This document shows positions 1-9,622 of a DNA stretch of 64,000 nt, piece after piece (the first letter of the stretch is position 1; every line of letters starts with the position of its first letter). The notes under the pieces are model-generated. The model saw nothing but the letters and a program-made list of their open reading frames with translations. It did no database searches and had not been told where the DNA came from. Origin of the DNA: a virus; the IMG/VR virus record IMGVR_UViG_3300028844_003294, positions 8,153 to 72,152 of that record; one strand, given 5' to 3'. A program made the position numbers and the translations under genes.

Positions 1-810
1 CGCTGATCTGTCGACTTTAGTGCAGTCCTTACCTGAGAAAGCACCACCGCCATGTGGAGCATACCCACCATAAGTATCAACAACAATTTTTCGTCCAGTA
101 AGTCCTGTATCTCCATCTGGTCCTCCTATTACAAATTTACCCGTAGGGTTGATTAAGTATTCAGTATTATCATCAATTGGTGCATTACACTCCTTTAGTG
201 CTTTTACTACTAGTTGTCTAATAGCATCACGAGTATGTTCTAAAGGATATCTATCATCATGTTGATGACTGCACACTACTCTAGCAACTCTAATTGGTGT
301 GTTTATATCTGTATATTCCATTGTTACCTGTGCTTTGCCATCTGGTCCTAACCAAGTACTTGCTTTCTTTCTTTCAGTTTCAATAAATTGTAAAATCTTA
401 TGACTATAGTAAATAGCACTTGGCATATAGTCTTCTGTTTCTTTACAAGCATATCCAAACATAAGTCCTTGGTCACCGGCTCCAAAATTGTCTGTGCCTA
501 ATGCAATGTCTGGTGATTGTCCGTGTAACTCGTTATACACTTTAACTTTTGCCCAGTGAAAACCGTCTTGTTCGTAACCAATATTTCTAATTACTGCTCT
601 AACAAGTTTTTCAATATATATTTTATCAAACTTATCGCTTTTATATTCTCCAGCAAGTGTAACCATATTTGTAGTAACCAAAGTTTCTACAGCCGCTCTG
701 TGATTATCTTTGCCGTCTATTAAGTACGTTGCGACAGCATCTGATATACTATCAGATATTTTGTCAGGGTGTCCTGCACTTACACTTTCGCTTGTGAATT
801 CATATTTCAT
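1..810 (-). CDS. metK: S-adenosylmethionine synthetase (3' end outside the window)
   Basis: Not in the ORF track. Hand translation from ATG at 810 gives MKYEFTSESVSAGHPDK...GAGDQGLMFGYA...GGPDGDTGLTGRKIVVDTYGG..PHGGGAFSGKD, the diagnostic MetK motifs. Confidence 0.97.
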   Translation of the reverse strand, partial: MKYEFTSESVSAGHPDKISDSISDAVATYLIDGKDNHRAAVETLVTTNMVTLAGEYKSDKFDKIYIEKLVRAVIRNIGYEQDGFHWAKVKVYNELHGQSPDIALGTDNFGAGDQGLMFGYACKETEDYMPSAIYYSHKILQFIETERKKASTWLGPDGKAQVTMEYTDINTPIRVARVVCSHQHDDRYPLEHTRDAIRQLVVKALKECNAPIDDNTEYLINPTGKFVIGGPDGDTGLTGRKIVVDTYGGYAPHGGGAFSGKDCTKVDRSA

Positions 811-814
811 ATTT

Positions 815-1027
815 TTACCTCTGTGTGTTTGAAGGTTTGTGCTCCTCATACAAAGCATTTGCTTCGTTGCTTAATCCTAGGCCACAACATATATCCATTT
901 GTCTTCGAATATCGTCTGCCTGATTTTGTCCTTTAGTCCATGCTCTATGATCATCGCTGTACATATATGTCCAGTCGTAACTTTGAAGCAATGTTTTTAA
1001 TTGTAAGAGATCCGGGTGGTTACTCAT
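815..1027 (-). CDS. Hypothetical protein (70 aa)
   Basis: ATG overlaps the upstream stop and the ORF fills the operon gap; YDWTYMYSDD motif. Confidence 0.75.
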   Translation of the reverse strand: MSNHPDLLQLKTLLQSYDWTYMYSDDHRAWTKGQNQADDIRRQMDICCGLGLSNEANALYEEHKPSNTQR

Positions 1028-1347
1028 TTTACAAATAATCCTTTTAGTGATTTACCTTTGGCCATATCACCATTAAAGGTCATTTGTCCGCCCATTACTA
1101 ATCCCATAGGATTAGCACCATTTACAAACATGTCAATCATGACATTTTTGTTTGCAAAGCCTACTGTAATATCTGCTGTATCCAAGTAGCCTTCTTCAAG
1201 TGCAACTGTGGAATTATGCACTCGTACATTAAATTTTCCATTACTTACACCTAATACATTTACGTTGATATCAACATCAACATCTTTTGATTTATCTTCG
1301 TTTAGATTTGTTGTAAGTGTATTTCTTATACTATCTATGTCTAACAT
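1024..1347 (-). CDS. SCP2 (sterol carrier protein 2)-like lipid-binding domain protein
   Basis: ADITV...MFVNGANPMGLVMGGQMTFNGDMAKG resembles the SCP2 C-terminal pattern; GGAG RBS precedes ATG 1347. Confidence 0.7.
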   Translation of the reverse strand: MLDIDSIRNTLTTNLNEDKSKDVDVDINVNVLGVSNGKFNVRVHNSTVALEEGYLDTADITVGFANKNVMIDMFVNGANPMGLVMGGQMTFNGDMAKGKSLKGLFVK

Positions 1348-1595
1348 TATGTCTCCTTTGGGTAGCCTTCGTACCACTCTTTGATTGTGTTTACTCTTAC
1401 ATCACGCCATGCATTTTTATCTAATGCATACATAATAATTGTGTCGCTCATACTGTCATACTTTTTAATTTCGAGTGTGAAGTCGCCAAGTGCTGGATTA
1501 AGTGTACACGGCATTGTTCGAATTTCGCCTGTGCCTATTTTTTCAAAAACTATTGTTACCACACCTGACTTTAATGCTTGTAGTAATTTATCCAT
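1347..1595 (-). CDS. Small SH3-like/WYL_2-type beta-barrel phage protein
   Basis: LKSGVVTIVFEK..GEIRTMPCTL...DKNAWRDVR matches the widespread V.F.K.dG..R.m..T...W.s.r phage family. Confidence 0.75.
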   Translation of the reverse strand: MDKLLQALKSGVVTIVFEKIGTGEIRTMPCTLNPALGDFTLEIKKYDSMSDTIIMYALDKNAWRDVRVNTIKEWYEGYPKET

Positions 1596-3225
1596 TTAAT
1601 GCATCTGCCTCCTCACAGATAAACCAGAAGTCGTGCATCTCTGGAAATGTTGCTAAAAAGTTTGTGTGTCTGCGTCTATCATGTTCTGTAAAAAATTTAT
1701 AAAAGTCTGCTCTGTTTCTAATAAGTTCTTCATGTGGTAATTCTTTTTTCATTAAATCTAAATTACGTTTTGCTTTTGCTATTTCAAAATCTTTAAATCC
1801 TCTGTAGTCTACATAGTCTTCGTTTGCCTTGTGTGATTCCATAAACTGTATTGCTTCTTCCAAATAACTTTGATATTCGCTTGGTAGCACTTGTATTGTT
1901 TGCCATGCAGGATTTCTTAATACAGGAATATCAAACCATATACGTTGTTCTGGTACTTCCCACCCCATTGCATATTGATTTTCCTTACTCCACTTTTCTC
2001 TAAGTTCTAGTATGCCTTCTAAGAATTCTTTAAAACTTGTTACACTTAAACAATTGAATGTATTGATAAAATTTATACTTGTGAATCTAGTTTCGTCTAA
2101 AAATCTATGACAGTTATTCCATACTGTATCAAACTTCATGCCATTACGCATATACTCTGCTTGTTCTCCCCAACCATCAAGACTACAGAATACACTAAAG
2201 TTATGATATGCTTTATCGTTGTATTCATATATGTATGTAAAACTATTGTTGTCTTGCTCTTCGCATTGACCTACTTGTAAAAATGTTTGCGGTATCTCAT
2301 GCCTTTCTATAACAGGTAATTCACTATCATGATAACGTTTAGCATCTTCACCTATAATATAATGTTGCCATGTTTGCCAATCAGTACCGTCTAGAGGATC
2401 TTTAACATACACTTCTGCACCATGTTGTACGTCATCTAATTTTTTAACACTTGTTAAAAATCTTTCAAACAATGCATCGTTGACTGGGCACATATTTGAT
2501 GTAATGCTTAATTCTAAATCTTTATTTGGATTATCATATACATAGTCTAATACCAAGAATGTATTTTTATCCATGAGTGGCTCGCCACCTGTCATACGAA
2601 ACACTCTTAATGTTTTGTACATTTCAGGCCACCATTTCCAAAATGCAGTAACGTATGGATTGTCATCTTGTCTTACTTTAAGTGGCATAAGACCTTTGCT
2701 GTTTAAACTTTGTATATTATTGTGTGGAGCAGTTGTAGGATATTCTCCATGCTCGTCTATCTCTTCTTGCCATGCTGTACTTAAATGTGGACTGCAATAA
2801 CTACACTTAAAGTTACATGCTTGGTTAAAGTTTACTTCTACATAACGTGGGTTGATGTTGCCACTGGCACCAGCATCCATGATATCTTCTTTGCTTTCTT
2901 GTGCCCAGTACTCTCCACTACGATATACTCTATCACTTCTTGCACCTGTATCTTCTATGTTCCAGCAGTAACTACAACCATCGGGCCTTTCGCCTTTGAG
3001 CATTTGTCTACGTTGCTCTTTTTTCTCTTCTGTGTTGTGTAATGCCGTAATATTTTTATCTAGTTCTTCTAATGGAATTTTATGTGTAGGTGGGTGATAA
3101 CAACTATGTGTCATGCCGTTTGTTAAATGCATAGACACTTGACTCCACTTTGCATAACACATCGTAGGACTTATTGTGTCTAGTTGTTGTTTGGCCTTAT
3201 CTGCGGCCTGATCGTATATACTCAT
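1588..3225 (-). CDS. Radical SAM protein with N-terminal twitch/SPASM-like Cys cluster
   Basis: CNFKCSYC (CxxxCxxC), TGGEPL, SLDGWGEQAEYMRNG; N-terminal C..KW...SCYH...CSYCW. ATG 3225 overlaps the upstream TAA. Confidence 0.92.
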   Translation of the reverse strand: MSIYDQAADKAKQQLDTISPTMCYAKWSQVSMHLTNGMTHSCYHPPTHKIPLEELDKNITALHNTEEKKEQRRQMLKGERPDGCSYCWNIEDTGARSDRVYRSGEYWAQESKEDIMDAGASGNINPRYVEVNFNQACNFKCSYCSPHLSTAWQEEIDEHGEYPTTAPHNNIQSLNSKGLMPLKVRQDDNPYVTAFWKWWPEMYKTLRVFRMTGGEPLMDKNTFLVLDYVYDNPNKDLELSITSNMCPVNDALFERFLTSVKKLDDVQHGAEVYVKDPLDGTDWQTWQHYIIGEDAKRYHDSELPVIERHEIPQTFLQVGQCEEQDNNSFTYIYEYNDKAYHNFSVFCSLDGWGEQAEYMRNGMKFDTVWNNCHRFLDETRFTSINFINTFNCLSVTSFKEFLEGILELREKWSKENQYAMGWEVPEQRIWFDIPVLRNPAWQTIQVLPSEYQSYLEEAIQFMESHKANEDYVDYRGFKDFEIAKAKRNLDLMKKELPHEELIRNRADFYKFFTEHDRRRHTNFLATFPEMHDFWFICEEADALNG

Positions 3226-3386
3226 TACCAATTATGAATTATGTTTGCCATAATAAAAAATGCACACACTACATTCACTGTAACAACAAAAGTTCTTATA
3301 ATTGCTACATGATTATCGTAGTCAGCAGTTTTGTCATCTGAAAAACTACCTATTGCATATTTCCATATGGTCCAAACTTTTTTCAT
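3225..3386 (-). CDS. Small membrane protein (53 aa)
   Basis: ATGA overlap with the upstream stop; MKKVWTIWKYAIGSFSDDKT followed by a hydrophobic C-terminal helix. Confidence 0.7.
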   Translation of the reverse strand: MKKVWTIWKYAIGSFSDDKTADYDNHVAIIRTFVVTVNVVCAFFIMANIIHNW

Positions 3387-4387
3387 TGAATTAAACCGTT
3401 TTCTAATAGTTCTTGTATTTGTTTTTCTCTTACCATGGCACCCCAACGTCTTGGATTTACAAATGTCTTTTTAAAGAATTTACTCATTTGTACATCTGGG
3501 TCAAACAACATCATTTCATTTATGTCATCATTAAGTCTGCGTCCTAGAACACATACTTCTTTAAATAGCATATTACTATCCCAATCTAATTTTGTATAGC
3601 GACATGTTTTATCGTTCATACCATCGAACTTTGGTGCTACTTCATTATAGAAGAAATCTTTAAACCATTCAAAGTCAGATATTTGATTAGTGTCCCAATC
3701 ACTTAGTACTGCCATCTCACAACCAAGTCTTGCTCCGTAGATAGCCCACAAGCCATTCTCTACATCACTGCCAATGTTACACCATGTCTGCAGTCTGTTA
3801 TAATTACCATACCAAATTTTTTGTATAAACTCATCTGGTTTTACTCTTACACCTTGATCCAAACTCATTTTAACTCCTTCCCTAAAACCTGCTCTAAAGG
3901 CCTGGAAAGGTGAAGCAGTTTGATGTACTTCACTAAAGGTATCGTTAAGTTGTATGTAATTTAACTTCCAACAAAACTCCATGCCCTCGCCGTCTGTTGC
4001 GGCTTCATGTGTATTGATTGTTTTAGTATATTCTGTAGGCCAGCATTTAAGTCCGCCATTGCCGTATACTAAACCATTTAAAATATTTTTAGCATTCCAA
4101 CTGAAGATACTTTCTGATATGTTATTGCCATCGTGATCGGTATCTGGTACATCTAATACTTGCTCGAAAAAGTCATCCATAACAATATTGTCACCATCAA
4201 CTGTGATAAAACGATCTGTTTCAGATTGATTTGCGGCGGCCTTATGTGCGGCATCGAAACCTTTGACTCCGTGTACACGTTTAGCCCACGGTACTTTGTT
4301 AAGTAAGTCTGCCCAATGTTCTTCTGCATTAGGTTCATCATATGAGATATAAAAAATGTCTAATTCTGTTACGTCTATTTTTGCCAT
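3383..4387 (-). CDS. Putative glycosyltransferase (GT-A fold)
   Basis: ISYDEPNAEE...RVHGVKGFDAAHKAAA...FITVDGDN (DxD motif); AGGA RBS. Confidence 0.7.
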   Translation of the reverse strand: MAKIDVTELDIFYISYDEPNAEEHWADLLNKVPWAKRVHGVKGFDAAHKAAANQSETDRFITVDGDNIVMDDFFEQVLDVPDTDHDGNNISESIFSWNAKNILNGLVYGNGGLKCWPTEYTKTINTHEAATDGEGMEFCWKLNYIQLNDTFSEVHQTASPFQAFRAGFREGVKMSLDQGVRVKPDEFIQKIWYGNYNRLQTWCNIGSDVENGLWAIYGARLGCEMAVLSDWDTNQISDFEWFKDFFYNEVAPKFDGMNDKTCRYTKLDWDSNMLFKEVCVLGRRLNDDINEMMLFDPDVQMSKFFKKTFVNPRRWGAMVREKQIQELLENGLIQ

Positions 4388-4397
4388 TTGTGTGTCC

Positions 4398-5009
4398 TTA
4401 TGTTCTCACATATTTATCATATATTTTTGTGGTATATATACTAACGTCGATATTATCAATATTGTGGAACTTTTCTATTTGTTTTTCTTTATACAATTCT
4501 GCTAAGTTTATTGTAAACGTCTCTATAACAAAATGAGGGTCACCTTTTTCTGTTATATAAAATGATACCAAGCCATTCTTGGGTTTCTTGCTTATCACAT
4601 TGCTATGTAATTTTACAATAAACGATTTATTGTTTAAGGAAACTTTAACATCATATGAGTTAGCATTTCCTTTTAAAATCTCTGTGAGGAATTCTTTTTC
4701 TGTTTTTACTGTAGAGGTTTCAAATGTTTTTAGTTTTATATGACAAACATCATGTTCATCTTCTTCAATAGAAAACTGGGCAACACTTTTACCTTTATCT
4801 TCAAGTATTTTTACATCTCTTGTATTAAATTTATAGACCTTTAGTTTAGCATATTTAGGATCATGTGTCAAGTCTTCATATGACTTTGCATGTATATCAC
4901 CTGCATTATCGTATGCAATGTATGTAAATTCTGTTTGTGATTTTACCACCTCTGCTAACGAACCTTGTTCTGCTTTTAGTTGTGCTAGTCTTTCTCCTGG
5001 TGTTGTCAT
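4398..5009 (-). CDS. Hypothetical protein (203 aa)
   Basis: Long ORF in operon context with GGAG RBS. Confidence 0.8.
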   Translation of the reverse strand: MTTPGERLAQLKAEQGSLAEVVKSQTEFTYIAYDNAGDIHAKSYEDLTHDPKYAKLKVYKFNTRDVKILEDKGKSVAQFSIEEDEHDVCHIKLKTFETSTVKTEKEFLTEILKGNANSYDVKVSLNNKSFIVKLHSNVISKKPKNGLVSFYITEKGDPHFVIETFTINLAELYKEKQIEKFHNIDNIDVSIYTTKIYDKYVRT

Positions 5010-5010
5010 A

Positions 5011-6309
5011 TTATGCTCCTAACCATTTTTGTATGTTCTTAGAATTTAGTTGAGATGTTTCTATAATGTTACTTGGTTGTAGTATTAAATCTTTGTCCAT
5101 AAGTTCAATAAACTTTGTGAGTCTCATATAATTTCTATATAGTCTTTCATGCAATGTTGCTTCATGCTTTTTCCAATGATTCAATACTTCGTCAAAGTTT
5201 TTTATAACTGAATTATATATTACATGTGTTTGCTTAATTGCTCTTTCTACAGGATCGTCTATTTGATCGTATAAGTCGTAATCAATAATATCTTTAAACA
5301 TATCGAATCCTAATGACTCCATATATGCATTTATGCCTTTCTGCCCCATAATATTTACTGGTTGTAAGTTTAGAATAGGTAATATAGTTTTTTCTGTAAT
5401 AAACATAGAGTCACCATGGATTTCAGATTCAGCACTCATTATAAAAAATGATGATTGATATGTCTTAGTTGCAAATGGCATCCTCATGCCCAACTCTGGA
5501 GGATAGTTCTTTTCAATATCCATGTGCATCTCTGCTGGTGCTAATTCTTGTTTTCTGTTCTTAAAACTTTTTATTATATCTATTGCAAATTCATCGTTTT
5601 GATATGCTTTGGGTATTATAATTTCTCTAGCAACTTCATCAGATTGCCCAAAATCATTTATTGTACAGTTAGGATTATTGTCCCAAAAGCCTATCCTTTT
5701 TGCTTCAATGTAAAATGCTAATCTATTATCTTTTGCTCTAGACATTAAATTACAAATAGGATATTCCACATATCTTAAATCTGTTAGTACATGTTTTCTG
5801 TCGTGCAATTCTCCAAAGCGATCATATCTTACCCATTCGTCTATGTCCAAAGGGTGTTTTTTACATGATACTAACCATGTATTAGCAACAAACTTTTCAA
5901 ACTTTGTTTTATAAGTTTTATCGAGATTAAAATTAAATCCGGCATCAATTAAATAAAATTTTTCTATCCCTACGTCTATACATATTTCATCTAACAGTTC
6001 TAAAATATTATATATTATCATATGATTTTCATGTGCTGTATATTTAATAGTTTCATGGTTTACATATAATATTGGTTTAAGATTATTTTGCTTTGCACAT
6101 ACTAATGCTTCTTTAAGCCATGAAATATCTGCTAATTTTATATCGTATGAGTCCTCTAAATTCTTATTAAATACTACCCAAGTACCATCTTTAAGCAGTC
6201 CTATTTCTAATTGCCCAATGGTTGTTTTCCAGTCACCTTCAAATTCTTCTAGTAGAGCTTTAGCACTACTCTTAAACATACATATTGTAAGTGATTTACC
6301 TTCTAGCAT
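5011..6309 (-). CDS. Hypothetical protein with a C-terminal GT10 (fucosyltransferase)-like motif
   Basis: ESE....FITEKT..PI...QP..IMG......LGFDMF...D..YD resembles the ITEK motif of GT-B/GT10-like phage proteins; the function is tentative. Confidence 0.5.
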   Translation of the reverse strand: MLEGKSLTICMFKSSAKALLEEFEGDWKTTIGQLEIGLLKDGTWVVFNKNLEDSYDIKLADISWLKEALVCAKQNNLKPILYVNHETIKYTAHENHMIIYNILELLDEICIDVGIEKFYLIDAGFNFNLDKTYKTKFEKFVANTWLVSCKKHPLDIDEWVRYDRFGELHDRKHVLTDLRYVEYPICNLMSRAKDNRLAFYIEAKRIGFWDNNPNCTINDFGQSDEVAREIIIPKAYQNDEFAIDIIKSFKNRKQELAPAEMHMDIEKNYPPELGMRMPFATKTYQSSFFIMSAESEIHGDSMFITEKTILPILNLQPVNIMGQKGINAYMESLGFDMFKDIIDYDLYDQIDDPVERAIKQTHVIYNSVIKNFDEVLNHWKKHEATLHERLYRNYMRLTKFIELMDKDLILQPSNIIETSQLNSKNIQKWLGA

Positions 6310-7162
6310 AATTCTCTTCTAATTGTTTTATCATATCTTTTGTAAGCCATGTTTTTTCTACATAGTGAAATGGATATGTAATTTGAAAGTTACCAATTTT
6401 AAAATTTTTATAATCTTTGTAATATGTAGGTAATGTTTTTGTCCAGTCGTCTTCTATTATACTAGTAGGTATGTTTTGTACTTTGCTTTTCATATGTATA
6501 AATGTTGGTAACTCTGTCATGTGATCTGCGGTACATTCGTCTTCAATTCCTAATATCTTCATTGCTAAACTAAATGCCACATCGCCACTTAATTTATCTG
6601 GTTTACCTTTTGGCATATATTTAAAATAAAATCTTTCCCAATTTTCAAATATAATTTGTACCATTTTAAAAAATTCTGTAGCCATATCGCTTTTTTTAAA
6701 ATAGAAAAATGCTGTATATACATTAGCCATTTTATTTGCTTTTAAATCTTTTCTATGGAACGTATCGTATATAAGTTCGTTTCTATAAGTGTGTACATTA
6801 GTACATGCCCATATATCTTTATCACTTAGTGTGTCCCACCAATGGCTAACATCAGTTGGAAACAGCATATCAGTATCTAGTATTACTGTTTCATCATAAG
6901 GTGTCATGTAGTAATATTTCCACTTGTTGTTTATCTTCCATTGTGAATCTTGTGCTTCATCTGTCCATGGTATATCTACTATGTGATCAAACACCTTCTT
7001 GTGTTTTGCAGTTACTAGTTTCTTAGTCTTGTTGTCAACACATACTGTTAGATTGCACACAGTCGTCTGTGTTAGTTTTAAATTAAGTGCGAGTGCATAC
7101 GCCTGCTCTAAGTAATCAACTGTGTCGTTGTTTTGTGCTATTACTATATAACCTTTAGACAT
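6296..7162 (-). CDS. Nucleotide-diphospho-sugar transferase (GT8-like)
   Basis: GYIVIAQN...AYALAL...TPYDETVILDTDMLF (DxD); paralogous to 8311-9204. Confidence 0.8.
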   Translation of the reverse strand: MSKGYIVIAQNNDTVDYLEQAYALALNLKLTQTTVCNLTVCVDNKTKKLVTAKHKKVFDHIVDIPWTDEAQDSQWKINNKWKYYYMTPYDETVILDTDMLFPTDVSHWWDTLSDKDIWACTNVHTYRNELIYDTFHRKDLKANKMANVYTAFFYFKKSDMATEFFKMVQIIFENWERFYFKYMPKGKPDKLSGDVAFSLAMKILGIEDECTADHMTELPTFIHMKSKVQNIPTSIIEDDWTKTLPTYYKDYKNFKIGNFQITYPFHYVEKTWLTKDMIKQLEENYARR

Positions 7163-7331
7163 CTATCTTTTTCCATGTTTCTTTAAACAAACAAAAACGG
7201 TCTTGTCCATCATCTGTTTTGTATATAAACTGCATTCCTAACATTTGTATTACAATACCTTCAAACTTACCGTTTAAACTGCATGTATGCTCTATGCGGT
7301 CTCCTAATTCTGGTCTCTTTTGTTTACCCAA
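7155..7331 (-). CDS. Small hypothetical protein (58 aa), missed by the ORF track
   Basis: TTG start with AGAGG upstream; MGKQKRPELGDRIEHTCSLNGKFEGIVIQMLGMQFIYKTDDGQDRFCLFKETWKKIDV; overlaps both neighbouring genes. Confidence 0.7.
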   Translation of the reverse strand: MGKQKRPELGDRIEHTCSLNGKFEGIVIQMLGMQFIYKTDDGQDRFCLFKETWKKIDV

Positions 7332-7551
7332 TTGTAACCTCTGCTTCTGTTTCTATTACAACTCTAGCACCACATGGTAGCAATGGCTTGTCGTTACCAC
7401 CATAAACAATTTTACTAGGCCCGTGTATTTCTACACTATGTCCGTATGTATTACTACGTCCTTCCTTGACTGTAATCACAGGCTCGTTAGTTCCGTGTTT
7501 TTTATTTGCACGAATCTTGTGCATGTTTACATGTATATATTTCTTTGCCAT
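7324..7551 (-). CDS. Conserved-type phage hypothetical protein (75 aa)
   Basis: IHVNMHKIRANKKHGTNEPVITVKEGRSNTY...PLLPCGARVVIET; translationally coupled to the upstream gene. Confidence 0.8.
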   Translation of the reverse strand: MAKKYIHVNMHKIRANKKHGTNEPVITVKEGRSNTYGHSVEIHGPSKIVYGGNDKPLLPCGARVVIETEAEVTIG

Positions 7552-8321
7552 TATATAATGCTCCTTGCATTTAAATGCGGTTCTATAAATTGTTCTGTAT
7601 ATTTTTTATGTCCTTCTTCCGACGGATGTTTATCGTCGTGTTCTTGCAATAAATTTTCCTCTTTACACCACTCATACATTCCTGTGCTTATAAATTTATC
7701 CCAATTGATTAGTTCGTATAACCATTTTATATTTTCATTATTGATGTTAAAGGTTAGACTATCGTCAGTGAACCCACTCATAAAATAATCTATATTATGT
7801 AATTCTAAAAAGTTTTGTGTCCATAATATATTTTCTAATGTTGTTATTTCGCTAAATGTTCTGTTATTAAAATTTTTATACCAGGCAGTATTTAAATGTT
7901 GATATGGAAAATTTTCAATAGTGCTTGTTCCAGGCGATAAATTTATCCAACCACCCATATCTGTATATTGTGTATTAGGATGCAAAACATCTATTGGAGT
8001 TCTAATAAAATTTCTAGGTCCTATAGGTATATTAAATTTTGCAGGACGCCTAGCATCCTCACTATAAAAAGCATGCCTGTCTTGACCACTCCACATAACA
8101 CCAACAATTAAATCTTTGCTTTCTTTTAAAAACTCTGATACACCATATATCAAAGTTCTTACTATCATAGAGTTGCCGGTTGCAAAAAACCCATAGTTGA
8201 TTAAGTTTAAATTATACTTTGTTGCTAGTTGCTGTGGCCAAGCATTAAATTTTTTATCTATACAAGGCAACTCGGTTTGTGTAAAAGAGCAACCAGATGT
8301 AATAAGAGTTTTATGTGACAT
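7551..8321 (-). CDS. SGNH/GDSL-like hydrolase or acyl-esterase
   Basis: N-terminal SGCSFT (block I), N.G..ATGN (block II), C-terminal DKHPSEEGH (DxHP). Confidence 0.75.
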   Translation of the reverse strand: MSHKTLITSGCSFTQTELPCIDKKFNAWPQQLATKYNLNLINYGFFATGNSMIVRTLIYGVSEFLKESKDLIVGVMWSGQDRHAFYSEDARRPAKFNIPIGPRNFIRTPIDVLHPNTQYTDMGGWINLSPGTSTIENFPYQHLNTAWYKNFNNRTFSEITTLENILWTQNFLELHNIDYFMSGFTDDSLTFNINNENIKWLYELINWDKFISTGMYEWCKEENLLQEHDDKHPSEEGHKKYTEQFIEPHLNARSII

Positions 8322-9204
8322 GATTTATCAACTCCTCACTTACTCTGTTTATTGCCCATTTATTCATAACATGAATATCCATCTCCCTCCACTTACATAA
8401 GACGAAGTCGCCTAAACTCTTTGGCTTTTCTAAATAGAAAAGGATTTCATTCTTTCGTGGTGACGAATGAATGTCATCGGTATCAAAGGTCTTATATAAG
8501 GAAGGGATAGGAAGTTGTGGTATAGCCTTATCTACAAACCCACCTAACATGTGAGCGGCTACACTAAAACTGTAATCATTTCTATACAGGCTCCCTGGCC
8601 ATCTGTATAGATCTTGATAGTAATTGTTATTATCTCTAACGTGTTTTACTGTGTTAAAAAATTGTTCTGCGTAATTAGATTTCTTAAAGTATACTACTGT
8701 TGCCCAATACATTTTGATGCCAAAAGGTGATAGCCTTTTTAATGATGGGTCATTTCTATCAGACATGATGTCTTCATAATGCCAATTCATCATTAGTTCA
8801 TTTTCGTGACCCCAACAGTTATTTAATGTATTACTTAGTATTAAGTAATCAGCATCAATTAGTATGGTTTCATCATACGGACTTAAATCGTATGCATCAC
8901 ATCTGTCTACATTGTAAAATGGCAATGTTTTATTTGTGTGGCTAGTATCTTTGTATAATCTTCTGTTTGCATTCTTAAATGCTTTATCTTTTTCTGTAAA
9001 TACAATATTAGATACTGCATTATCAATAAATTCTTTACCTACATTTTTTACATTGTAATCATAACTAAATTTATTAGTTACCACAGTTATATCATGTATA
9101 CCTAAATTCTCTTTGATATAGTATGCGTTGATTACTGCTAACTTGAAATAATCTATTTCTTCGTTATTGTGTGCAAATATTAAAATGCCTTTAGTTGTTG
9201 TCAT
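8311..9204 (-). CDS. Nucleotide-diphospho-sugar transferase (GT8-like)
   Basis: GILIFAHN...LSPYDETILIDADY (DxD)...YRNDYSFSVA. Confidence 0.8.
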   Translation of the reverse strand: MTTTKGILIFAHNNEEIDYFKLAVINAYYIKENLGIHDITVVTNKFSYDYNVKNVGKEFIDNAVSNIVFTEKDKAFKNANRRLYKDTSHTNKTLPFYNVDRCDAYDLSPYDETILIDADYLILSNTLNNCWGHENELMMNWHYEDIMSDRNDPSLKRLSPFGIKMYWATVVYFKKSNYAEQFFNTVKHVRDNNNYYQDLYRWPGSLYRNDYSFSVAAHMLGGFVDKAIPQLPIPSLYKTFDTDDIHSSPRKNEILFYLEKPKSLGDFVLCKWREMDIHVMNKWAINRVSEELINHVT

Positions 9205-9556
9205 CAAGTTCTAAATCTATCAACTTATGAACTTTTCTACTTTTCTTTAATTTTGAATATTCTGCATGATATTCATTAGTTGCTTCAAAGTAACGTGATA
9301 GAATTTCCTCTAAAAAATCTTCTAGATCAGTGATCTCTATAGGGTTATTATACACGTCTAATAGTACGACACTATCTTCCTTTCTTTTGATTAGCATTTC
9401 AATGAATGTTATTAAGGAATGATCAACAATGAAACTTCCACCATTGATACTGTAGGTCAATAAGGTTTGAACTTTTGACTTTAAATTGTTGTGTTGTATG
9501 TTTAGAGTTTGTCTGTAATTAGCAAACTCTAATGCTTTTGTGAGTTTAGACGTCAT
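9191..9556 (-). CDS. Hypothetical protein, first gene of the late accessory operon
   Basis: 121-aa ORF starting 5 nt after a GATAAATA motif. Confidence 0.8.
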   Translation of the reverse strand: MTSKLTKALEFANYRQTLNIQHNNLKSKVQTLLTYSINGGSFIVDHSLITFIEMLIKRKEDSVVLLDVYNNPIEITDLEDFLEEILSRYFEATNEYHAEYSKLKKSRKVHKLIDLELDDNN

Positions 9557-9561
9557 ATCAA

Positions 9562-9569
9562 TATTTATC
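9562..9569 (-). promoter_or_regulatory. Late promoter motif GATAAATA
   Basis: Variant of the T4 late TATAAATA; recurs upstream of most structural operons in this window. Confidence 0.7.
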
Positions 9570-9574
9570 CGGTC

Positions 9575-9604
9575 AAAAAAAAGCCAGTTACTAGAACTGG
9601 CTTT
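9575..9604 (-). terminator. Rho-independent terminator
   Basis: On the minus strand: AAAGCCAGTT-CTAGT-AACTGGCTTT followed by a U run, just downstream of 9623-10669. Confidence 0.85.
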
Positions 9605-9622
9605 AAGATTTGTTTATTATTT

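Noticed and set aside
2200-2440. Intein in the radical SAM gene
   Set aside because: The HN dipeptide is followed by Phe rather than Cys/Ser/Thr, there is no N-terminal Cys/Ser block, and the segment is too short.
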